From Trypanosoma brucei (Eukaryota): a DNA stretch of 64,000 nucleotides. Position 1 is the first letter of the stretch. Every line of letters begins with the position of its first letter. The stretch lies in assembly GCA_000002445.1 (NCBI GenBank), contig AE017150.2:896001-960000 (forward strand), given 5' to 3'. The notes under the pieces are model-generated. The model saw only the letters and a list, made by a program, of their open reading frames with translations. It searched no databases and was not told the DNA's origin. This document shows positions 10,513 to 19,056 of the stretch, in pieces. The translations under genes were made by a program, and so were the position numbers.

Positions 10513-11778
10513 TTGCATTATCTTTCGGGTCTTATCACTAAAAAGCAAAAAGAAGCTATACAAGGAAAGGGAAACTTGTCAAGGAAGTCCATTCTAAAAG
10601 AACCTATGGTGGTTACTTTGGTGGAACCAACGAAATGGGCTAATTTAATAGAGGAATACCCAGACACTCTTTATTCTTCCGAATCGGCAAAGAATGTTGA
10701 AAATGTACTCTCGAAAACGTCTACGAGGAGGCACCAAAAAGTGCTGTTCAACGCCGCCAAACCCTTTATGCCAAAAATGATACACGATTGCATTGGTACT
10801 TCGATTCTGAACTCTCTTGTTAAGTATGGTACTGTTACTACCGTCGACGGCGTTTGCAAAATAGTTTTCGAGTCTTGTGAAAAAATTCTGAGATGCCGAT
10901 GCAGCCCTGAAAATCAACGAATTGAATCGTTGGGTTCGCTTTTGGAACGCATTGTTTACCGCTACGACTGTTTGGGTAATTACCGGCAAAACATCATCGA
11001 AGTACTGAAGTCTCTAAGGCCCTCACAGCTTATGGGCACCCCTGTGCTCTTGTTGGCTGCCGCGCGACTGTTAATTCAAAATAGGGATTTTGCATCTTTG
11101 GTTCTGACAAATAGTGAGGCTCGAACGGAGTTTTTTTCAGCCTCCTTAGTAAGAACGAATAGGGGCGTCGTATCTGCTTTCTGCAAAATTCTTTTATCAG
11201 AAGATGCTTTAAAGGACGGTGAAATGACTGGTCTTTGTTCGGCGTTTATTTTCGATTCCTTTTCCGGATTGTATGAACCAAAAGCCACGCTGCGACCGAT
11301 GAAAGACATAACACTACTACTGGCTAGCTGCGGTTCCATTGATGGGGTCCGAAATCTCGGGAAAAGTCTGGCGCGTTGGCCGGATATTCACGGTAGGGCA
11401 AAGGGTGATGATTATGCCAAAATTGTGGCTCATATTTTATCCCGCCTACCTGATACCGACAGCGGATTGCCGCTTGTTAAGGCAGTTCTTCACTCTGAAG
11501 AGGATATAAATGATCGACTTCGTTGTCGCAAATCATCTCATTTGCATCTTCTCGCTTCAATTGCTGAAAAGCAGTCGTACGTTCAAGTTCTCTCAGAGGC
11601 ATTGGGTACTTCTGTGGAAAAGAAGCTTGCGAGTGCTGTTGTGCAGTACCGAAGAGTGACGAAACCACGAGTGGTTTCGACAAAAGAGTTGCTTTCCCGA
11701 AAGCTTGCCGATATGCGGAAAGGCTCCGGGGAGAATGACAGCGCGCGTAACGTTTCCAAGAGATTCCGTGAATGGTAA
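10513..11778 (+). CDS. hypothetical protein (421-aa ORF; start may be the internal Met at 10606)
   Basis: Long ORF co-directional with its neighbours. No recognisable motif. Confidence 0.55.
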   Translation: MHYLSGLITKKQKEAIQGKGNLSRKSILKEPMVVTLVEPTKWANLIEEYPDTLYSSESAKNVENVLSKTSTRRHQKVLFNAAKPFMPKMIHDCIGTSILNSLVKYGTVTTVDGVCKIVFESCEKILRCRCSPENQRIESLGSLLERIVYRYDCLGNYRQNIIEVLKSLRPSQLMGTPVLLLAAARLLIQNRDFASLVLTNSEARTEFFSASLVRTNRGVVSAFCKILLSEDALKDGEMTGLCSAFIFDSFSGLYEPKATLRPMKDITLLLASCGSIDGVRNLGKSLARWPDIHGRAKGDDYAKIVAHILSRLPDTDSGLPLVKAVLHSEEDINDRLRCRKSSHLHLLASIAEKQSYVQVLSEALGTSVEKKLASAVVQYRRVTKPRVVSTKELLSRKLADMRKGSGENDSARNVSKRFREW

Positions 11779-11942
11779 TGAATATCCTTACTATATATAT
11801 AGCGTTTAGTTTGTCATGGTGTTGAGGGATCATGTGATATTGTGTTATTGCCATTTTTAAAAAAAGTCCTGTACTTAACGCATTACATTTCTCCCCTCCC
11901 TCCTTTCCCCTACGGGAGTGGCAAAAAGGTTTAAAAGGCAGA

Positions 11943-12392
11943 ATGAAGCGTGTAGCTCAGAGTGCCCTTATCGCACGGTCGTGTGGGACATTTCTGTGCT
12001 CGAGGCGATGCAGCTTACTTGAACACAGGACGAAAGGCTCCATGTTCATGAAGCATTTAGATTTATATGCTAGACGGGATCCCCAGCTGGCTCCTTACTT
12101 GCTTAGGGAAGTTGACATAGAATATAAGAGGAGGTGTCGAAAGGTCTCGTTTTGTGCATGGATATGCGTATTTACCGCTGTAACTGCAGTGCAAATTCGT
12201 ATGCAAAGTGAGCAGTTGCACTACATGCGTTTGTACGCCGATTGTGTAGAAGCTGAGCAACGCGCTAAGGATGAGGATGGGATCCGGCGAAGGAAGGCAC
12301 TTGTTGCATTGATGAACGTTGCGAAAGATGCATTCGGTCGGAATCAGTCATGGGGTAATGAAGATCAAGAAAAGGCTCTCAAAGAATTGTGA
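11943..12392 (+). CDS. small hypothetical protein (149 aa) with one predicted hydrophobic helix
   Basis: The ORF is the only evidence. Hydrophobic stretch VSFCAWICVFTAVTAVQI. It sits alone in a 1.4-kb gap between genes. Confidence 0.3.
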   Translation: MKRVAQSALIARSCGTFLCSRRCSLLEHRTKGSMFMKHLDLYARRDPQLAPYLLREVDIEYKRRCRKVSFCAWICVFTAVTAVQIRMQSEQLHYMRLYADCVEAEQRAKDEDGIRRRKALVALMNVAKDAFGRNQSWGNEDQEKALKEL

Positions 12393-13184
12393 ATTATTGG
12401 TGACAATCGGCGTGATAATCGGCAACGTTTCTGAAGGATAGAGAAGCTGCTTTCCCTGTTGACGGTTAGTGCAGCATGGAACTTGTCCTCTGTTTCTTTT
12501 ATTACGCCTACATTTTGCTAACTTTGTTGTAGCGCTGGTTCTTTGTGTTGCGCCTCCTTTTGGGTCGGTGCTGGATTTTAAACCTTAGTAACAAACGTGT
12601 AAACCTTTTTTTTACTCGGGGTGTCGTACATGTCACTGGGCACCATCGTGCATATTCTTATATTCCACTTAAAAGCTTTTTAAATCTTTTTTGAGTGCTT
12701 TGTCATCTAAAGACCGATATGCAGAACTGTCTCGAGCATATATGATTTGTTGGAGATAAGGGGGTTAAAGCGTTTGTATCCATCGTGGTTAGGTAGTCAG
12801 GTCTATTATCATAGTAGTCGAGCAGATGAGGGGGTAGTAAACATTGATGTTTTGTCCCACCTAACGTCAGAGGATCTCCAGTTAGTGGTATGTAATGGAA
12901 ATATTAAACATACACAGCGTAGTTGTATTTTCTTTGCTTTAGGTGAATTTGAGAATCGTGGTCCCTGGCCATACTCCGTCGACTCTCCAAAGTGGCTACA
13001 ATTTTAGCTCCAGAACGCTGGAGGAGGTGGATCAGTGTCTGTGAAAACTAGGTTTACCTGCTGTGCATAAACTTTTTTCCAGTATGCAATTAAATGCAGT
13101 GCTTCTACTTTGCTTTCCTCATTATTTCTTACCATCCAGTTTCCTCATTAAAGGCAACGTATATACTTAGATCTAACCGCATAA

Positions 13185-14654
13185 ATGGATTACGCCGCCG
13201 CAATAAAGCAGCAGGCAGAAGATCTGCAAGACGAGCTGAAGGACTTGGCTTTATGGCAGGAGGAAGTTGCACGTCAGCATGAAGTGAACAAGATGAAAAA
13301 GTCAGCCACATTTGTCACAAACTCTGTTCCTCCTATAAGAGGAACAGTACCATCCCTGAAGGAAGCCGTTTTGAAGAGCGCTGGTGTTGTTGAGAAGGAG
13401 GACCCTGTGAAGAAACAGAAAGACAAAGGTAACGAACTGTTCCAAAGTGGGAAACTCCAGGAAGCAGTGGAGGCATATGCTGTGGGTATAGACCTTGACC
13501 CAGAAGGGCCGATGGCACACGTGCTCTACGGCAACCGAGCGCTTTGTTACTTGAAGTTGGAGAGATGGTCTGATGCCGAACGGGATGCCTCCTCTTGTGT
13601 TCGTCTTAACCGCACATACGCCAAAGGGTACTTTCGCCGCGCTACAGCCAGGAAACAGCTAGGGAATTTAAAAGGTGCGCGTACAGACCTAGAGGCAGTG
13701 TTGGCGCTTTCACCGAATGATGTAAGTGCCACAAATGAGATGTCGTTAGTAACCAAAATGATCCGAGCAGATCGAGATGGCGCTGAACCGGTTACCAGGA
13801 AAAAGATTGTTATTACCGAGGTTGACGACGATGATGATGAGCAATGTGTGGGCGAGGGTGCTCAAGACAAGACGGCCTCTCCAAGTGTGATTGAAAGCAA
13901 CACCGGTCGACACCCTAACACCGTGGGAGATCAGGTAGTGAAAAATGAGATCGCTGAGTTGGAGAGGTTTCGGGCGGCCCAACGAGACGCACAGGAAGCC
14001 AGGTCAAGAGAAAGGGAAACCAAATTGCAGTACAAAGGACGTACTTCGTCGAGAGTGGAGATTGTGGAAGAAATCAACAATGAGAGTAAGGAAGGAGTAG
14101 TTGTTTCTTCGTCCCCTCTGTCACTAAACAACGGAGTGACGTCAGCGTCGGCACAAGAATGTCCTTCGAGAGAACTAGCCGCGGTTTCAACGAGCGGTGC
14201 AGCGCAACGACCGGCGACCTTTAAAGACAAAAAGATGAATGAGCCTGTTGTCCCTCGCATGCTAAAGCCGACTGTAAAGTGGACTAAGGATACTTTGAAA
14301 GCACCCAAGTCGTTTACAGAATTTGAGCGAGTTTTTTTAGACCTTAAGGACGATGAGGAACTGCTCTGTTTTTATGTTTCGGTTATACCCCCTGGGAGCA
14401 TGCAGGTGCTTTTTGGAAGCAATATGACACCTGATATTCTTCTTGGTATGCTGAAAGCGGCAGGAAGGCTTTCAGGAACATCAACGGTTTCTTTTCTCAA
14501 GGGACTGTGTACCGTGAAACGCGTGAGGGATATCTCACTGTTCTTTGATGACTGCGAGAAGAAGGTGGTCGAGGAGGTGATGGATGTTGTTGTCTCTTGC
14601 GGAGCTTCTGATGAGGATGTGAGCCTGTTTAGGCGGCAACTTGGGGTTATATAG
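13185..14654 (+). CDS. TPR-repeat protein (RPAP3/Tah1-like co-chaperone architecture is possible)
   Basis: Three canonical TPR units (KDKGNELFQSGKLQEAVEAYAVGIDLDP...HVLYGNRALCYLKLERWSDAERDASSCVRLN..YAKGYFRRATARKQLGNLKGARTDLEAVLALSPND). An acidic linker follows, then a conserved-looking C-terminal domain. Confidence 0.75.
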   Translation: MDYAAAIKQQAEDLQDELKDLALWQEEVARQHEVNKMKKSATFVTNSVPPIRGTVPSLKEAVLKSAGVVEKEDPVKKQKDKGNELFQSGKLQEAVEAYAVGIDLDPEGPMAHVLYGNRALCYLKLERWSDAERDASSCVRLNRTYAKGYFRRATARKQLGNLKGARTDLEAVLALSPNDVSATNEMSLVTKMIRADRDGAEPVTRKKIVITEVDDDDDEQCVGEGAQDKTASPSVIESNTGRHPNTVGDQVVKNEIAELERFRAAQRDAQEARSRERETKLQYKGRTSSRVEIVEEINNESKEGVVVSSSPLSLNNGVTSASAQECPSRELAAVSTSGAAQRPATFKDKKMNEPVVPRMLKPTVKWTKDTLKAPKSFTEFERVFLDLKDDEELLCFYVSVIPPGSMQVLFGSNMTPDILLGMLKAAGRLSGTSTVSFLKGLCTVKRVRDISLFFDDCEKKVVEEVMDVVVSCGASDEDVSLFRRQLGVI

Positions 14655-14853
14655 ATGGAAACTTTTAATCTGTGTGACTCAGTCGGGGGGGGGGAAGTGC
14701 TTTTTCGTGCTAATTTTTAGTTGAGCATATGCGGCTTTGTGTTTCGCGTCTCTGCCGGTTTCTGGCGTGTTGCGTTGGTTTTCCGCTCCTTTCCAAACTT
14801 CAGTGTCGTTGCTTTTTTTTTTTTGATCCTTTTGCGTGTGGATGCAAGCAAGG

Positions 14854-16056
14854 ATGGTGAAAGAAACAAAATACTACGACGCTTTGGGGGTCCCTCCCAA
14901 TGCTTCCGAAGATGACATTAAGAGAGCTTACCGCAAACTTGCTTTGAAGTATCACCCAGACAAAAATAAGGAGCCTGGAGCAAACGAAAAGTTCAAGGAG
15001 GTTTCGGTGGCCTACGAATGTCTATCGGATGTGGAGAAAAGGAGACGCTACGACCAGTTTGGCGAGAAGGGCGTTGAGTCAGAGGGCGTCGGCATCGACC
15101 CATCGGATATCTTTTCCAGTTTCTTTGGTGGGAGACGCGCACGTGGAGAGGCCAAACCAAAAGATATTGTTCATCAGCAGCCCGTGCCCCTCGAAACTTT
15201 TTATAATGGTAAGACGATTAAGTTGGCTATTATACGTGATCGGCTTTGCGATTCTTGCAACGGTTCCGGCTCTAAAGATCCCAAGGTTTCCTCGCGGTGC
15301 GTGGAATGTGATGGTCGTGGCGTTAAGATAATTACTCGTTCGATTGGACCCGGCTTTGTTCAACAGATGCAGGTCGCGTGTCCAAGGTGCGGCGGAAAGG
15401 GTACGGATATTAAAGAAGAGCATAAGTGCCAGAGTTGCAGAGGCCAACAGATCGTAAAGGATAAAAAGGTTTTTGATGTTGTTGTGGAGAAGGGCATGCA
15501 GCATGGGGACAGTGTGACTTTCCAGGGTGAGGGCGATCAAATACCGGGTGTTCGCCTTTCTGGTGACATTATCATCATACTGGATGAAAAACCCCATCCT
15601 GTCTTCACGCGCAAAGGTGATCATCTCCTCATTCACCACAAAATATCGTTGGCAGAAGCGCTAACAGGTTTCACAATGAACATTAAGCATCTTGATGAAC
15701 GTGCCATTTCTATACGATCCACTAACGTAATCGATCCCCAAAAATTATGGAGCGTGAGCAGGGAGGGTATGCCCATTCCCGGAACGGGTGGCACGGAGCG
15801 AGGTGACCTGGTAATCAAGTTCGACGTTGTATACCCGTCCGCACAAAGCCTCTCTGGAGATGGCATTGAGCCACTGCGCAGAATCCTCGGGTATCCAAAG
15901 CAAGAAGAGCCTGCGCCTGAGGCCACGGAGCACACGCTGGCTGTAACTTACGTTGATCTGGATAGAGAAGCCAGACGCCGTCGCACTGCCGCGAACGACG
16001 ACGACGATGATGCGGGTCAACATGTACACACCGGTGCAACGTGTACGCAGCAATAG
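14854..16056 (+). CDS. DnaJ/Hsp40 type I (J domain, Gly/Phe region, four CxxCxGxG zinc-finger repeats, C-terminal CaaX box)
   Basis: [33 protein letters not shown] (J domain with HPD). [35 protein letters not shown]. The terminal CTQQ is a farnesylation-type CaaX. Confidence 0.9.
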   Translation: MVKETKYYDALGVPPNASEDDIKRAYRKLALKYHPDKNKEPGANEKFKEVSVAYECLSDVEKRRRYDQFGEKGVESEGVGIDPSDIFSSFFGGRRARGEAKPKDIVHQQPVPLETFYNGKTIKLAIIRDRLCDSCNGSGSKDPKVSSRCVECDGRGVKIITRSIGPGFVQQMQVACPRCGGKGTDIKEEHKCQSCRGQQIVKDKKVFDVVVEKGMQHGDSVTFQGEGDQIPGVRLSGDIIIILDEKPHPVFTRKGDHLLIHHKISLAEALTGFTMNIKHLDERAISIRSTNVIDPQKLWSVSREGMPIPGTGGTERGDLVIKFDVVYPSAQSLSGDGIEPLRRILGYPKQEEPAPEATEHTLAVTYVDLDREARRRRTAANDDDDDAGQHVHTGATCTQQ

Positions 16057-16310
16057 TAATTCCAAGCATGAAAAGGAAGAAAGAGGGGTTAAAAGGGAAG
16101 TTGTGCGAGATTTAAGTATTGGATTCACGAGTCCCTACAATGCGAACCTTTTACTTCTAATCTGAATCATCTGGAGAGATGTTCGTGAGAGCGATGACTG
16201 CCATCCAGAATGAAGTGTGGTCTCCCTCCTCCTTTTGTATGTGGCGTTTCTCATCCTTGGAAGAAAGACATAGAGGAGAGATGGGAGCAAAGAATATGCC
16301 CAACTTCTTA

Positions 16311-16345
16311 TATTATTATTATTATTACTATTATTATTATTACTG
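16311..16345. repeat. (TTA)n microsatellite in the DnaJ downstream region
   Basis: tattattattattattactattattattattactg seen directly. Confidence 0.9.
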
Positions 16346-16629
16346 TTTTCTGTTGAGATTAAATTTCTACTAAATATTATTCTGTTGAAACATGCCCCCC
16401 TTTTCATGTACACGCCTGGAAAGGGGGGGAATGAAGGGGAATTCAGTGCGGGGCGCCGCTGCAATTCAAATGCTCTGCTGATAAAAGCTTCTGTTTCCTA
16501 CTGTTTTTTATTGAAAAATAACACTGGTCGTTTGGCGCGTAGGTATCTGAAAGTCTGCAATAAACTCGCGGACGCGGAGTTGTCTATGCACCGTGGATAA
16601 AGGGAACCTGAACTGAGATACAGACGCAC

Positions 16630-17649
16630 ATGCCTGGGGTTAACGTGATGAGCTACAAGCCGCTTGGTGGACCTGTGCTCGGTGTAACGCGGATGTTACA
16701 GATGAGGAATGGGTACACCATTCCTCAGTGTGGGTTTGGGACATACAGAATGACCCCTACCGAAGCCGGGGCGGCTGTCGAATATGCGGTGCAGGCGGGA
16801 TTCCGTCATTTCGACTGCGCCAAGGCTTACTGCAACCAATTTGCTGTGGGTGATGGATTGCGGCGCGCCATATCGTCGGGGAGGGTGAAGCGAGATGATT
16901 TGTTTGTAACGTCCAAGCTCTGGCCAACCGACCAGCATCCTGAAAATGTGGAAAAGGCCTGTAGGGAGACGTTAGAAGAGCTAAAAGTTTCCTATCTAGA
17001 TCTCTACCTCATACATTGGCCTGTTGCGTGGCGCCACTCACCCGAATTTAAAACCGAAGAAGACAAATATCCCAAGCATGATAGCGGCCTGCCTGCCGTG
17101 GACGAGAGAGTGAAACTTACGGACACATGGAGGGCAATGTGTGCACTAGTTGATAAGGGGCTGGTGCGTTCTATTGGGCTTTCTAACTGTTCTGAGAAAC
17201 ATATTGCGGAGGTAATGGGGGACGGTGACTTGTACGCACCTGTGCTTAATCAGATCGAGCTCCATCCTGCACTTGTGCAGCGGGACCTCCTCAACGTACA
17301 CCGCACCAAAAGGATGCTAACAGCATCGTATAGCCCACTTGGGATGCCTTCAAGGTTCACCTCACCGGACTACAAGGGTCTTCTGACTCATGAAGCGCTG
17401 TTGCCCCTATCTGAGCACTCGGGCTTCAGTGTAGCTCGCCTTCTGCTTAACTGGAACCTCGACATGCACAACGTGGTAATTGTGCGCTCGACAAGGAGGG
17501 ACCACATTCAATCAAATGCAAAGGCGTCGCTCTATACTCTCTCCGATCCTGTTCGGATGATACTTGACCGGTTTCAGGATCGTGAAGGAACCGTGAGGAC
17601 AATTAACCCCACAAACTTCACCCACTCCGGCGAGAGTTTCTTTTCGTAA
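16630..17649 (+). CDS. aldo-keto reductase (prostaglandin-F-synthase-like AKR)
   Basis: NGYTIPQCGFGTY..AV..A...G.RHFDCA.AY.N....G..LRRAI......R.DLFVTSKLW ... YLDLYLIHWP. These are AKR signature blocks (catalytic D/Y/K/H context). The true start may be a downstream Met. Confidence 0.85.
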   Translation: MPGVNVMSYKPLGGPVLGVTRMLQMRNGYTIPQCGFGTYRMTPTEAGAAVEYAVQAGFRHFDCAKAYCNQFAVGDGLRRAISSGRVKRDDLFVTSKLWPTDQHPENVEKACRETLEELKVSYLDLYLIHWPVAWRHSPEFKTEEDKYPKHDSGLPAVDERVKLTDTWRAMCALVDKGLVRSIGLSNCSEKHIAEVMGDGDLYAPVLNQIELHPALVQRDLLNVHRTKRMLTASYSPLGMPSRFTSPDYKGLLTHEALLPLSEHSGFSVARLLLNWNLDMHNVVIVRSTRRDHIQSNAKASLYTLSDPVRMILDRFQDREGTVRTINPTNFTHSGESFFS

Positions 17650-17854
17650 TACCGCAGGTAAGTACCTAACAAGTTTTCACGGCCTTGAGCGGGTCTATGT
17701 GACAATGCAATCCCCATCGCAACGTGGACACAACTGGCACATAGACTTTTCCGTGGTGATTAGTCCCCCCGCTGTTTTCTGTCTCTTTAATTTCTTCTCT
17801 GCATACCATTGCTTCGTGTGTTTATTCACATCTTTGTAGGCCAAGTACGTGTGC

Positions 17855-18541
17855 ATGGCGTCCAAGAAAGGAGGGAAGAAGGCTAACGGAGAGGATTTGG
17901 AGGCGGCCATTCTTCGGTGGTTCGAATGCGAGGGTGAACCAGCAACTGTGCAGTCACTGACCGATGCACTTGGAAGTAAGTTCGGTAAGCAACTGGTTCA
18001 AAATACGTTGGAGCAATGTTTAAAGGAACAGAAGCTGTTAGCCAAGGACATAAAAAAGGCACGGTTCTACTTCCTTGCCAGTCCCGCGCCTGGAAGCAAT
18101 GATGAGGGAAGCGATGTAGGCTCGCACAAAATAGATATCGTAAAACAGCTACGACAGTTACGAAATGGGGTCTCCATGCTTTCTTCTGAGTTGAGCGTTC
18201 TCCTGCAGGCCCAGACTTCCTCGAAGAGAGCCACAACGATCGCCTCTCTTGTCTCCGAGTGTGCAGCACTGAGGTCACGGCTTCAGGCACTACATGTGAT
18301 AGCAGGCAAGGAAAGCAGTTGTGTGTCGGACGATGTCTCGCTCCTCATCCACCGTTACAAAAGGGCCAGAGAATTATGGAGGGATCGGAAGCGTATTACG
18401 GTATGCGTCATCGATGCCGTTCTGGGAGATAGTTGTGGCCCGCAGGAGCTTGAGGATATCTTCGGACTGTCCACGGATGAGCAGATGAATCTGTGCCTAT
18501 CTGGAACTGCACTCACACTTCCAGCGACGGTGAGTAGTTGA
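17855..18541 (+). CDS. Hop2/TBPIP-like (homologous-pairing protein 2) winged-helix plus coiled-coil protein
   Basis: N-terminus ...GEDLEAAILRWFECEGEPATVQSLTDALGSKFGKQLVQNTLEQCLKEQKLLAKDIKKARFYF resembles the Hop2/TBPIP winged-helix DNA-binding region (...NRPYS..D.F.NL....GK..VQKALD.L...GKI..KEYGKQKIYF). A long coiled-coil follows. Confidence 0.55.
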   Translation: MASKKGGKKANGEDLEAAILRWFECEGEPATVQSLTDALGSKFGKQLVQNTLEQCLKEQKLLAKDIKKARFYFLASPAPGSNDEGSDVGSHKIDIVKQLRQLRNGVSMLSSELSVLLQAQTSSKRATTIASLVSECAALRSRLQALHVIAGKESSCVSDDVSLLIHRYKRARELWRDRKRITVCVIDAVLGDSCGPQELEDIFGLSTDEQMNLCLSGTALTLPATVSS

Positions 18542-19056
18542 TAGGGACAAACTTTCCTCAAAGCAACAGACGGGGCAACTAAAGGTGATTACAGATAGGA
18601 GGGAATCGGATTATTTAACATCACTTGTGTGTATGTATTAATCATTTATCGTTTGTTCTTTTAACATGGTGTTAACCACGCATACATTGTTTTTATTTTA
18701 CATTTACAGAAGCCATTACTTCATTATTTATTTATTAACTCCGCTGACAGATTTTTAAAAATAAAGGTCTCCATTTCCCTGCGTCATGGACGAAAAAAAG
18801 TTTGAGTTTGTGCCATAATGAATTACTTAACCTCCTTGGGGCCATCATACAGCGATGCAGCAACTGTTCAGTTCCTTTAAAGGTCTTTTTACTTTACTTT
18901 TCCCCCTGTCCAGCTATTTATTTCGTTTTTCTGTTCGGTGCACCATCTTTCGGAGGTGCGAGGGAAGAGAGGAAAAAGAGATAGAAGGCCAGGTGTTCAC
19001 AACACGTTTTCTAACCCTAACCCTGCAGTGTCACGATTATTTTTTCAGGTCTCTAA

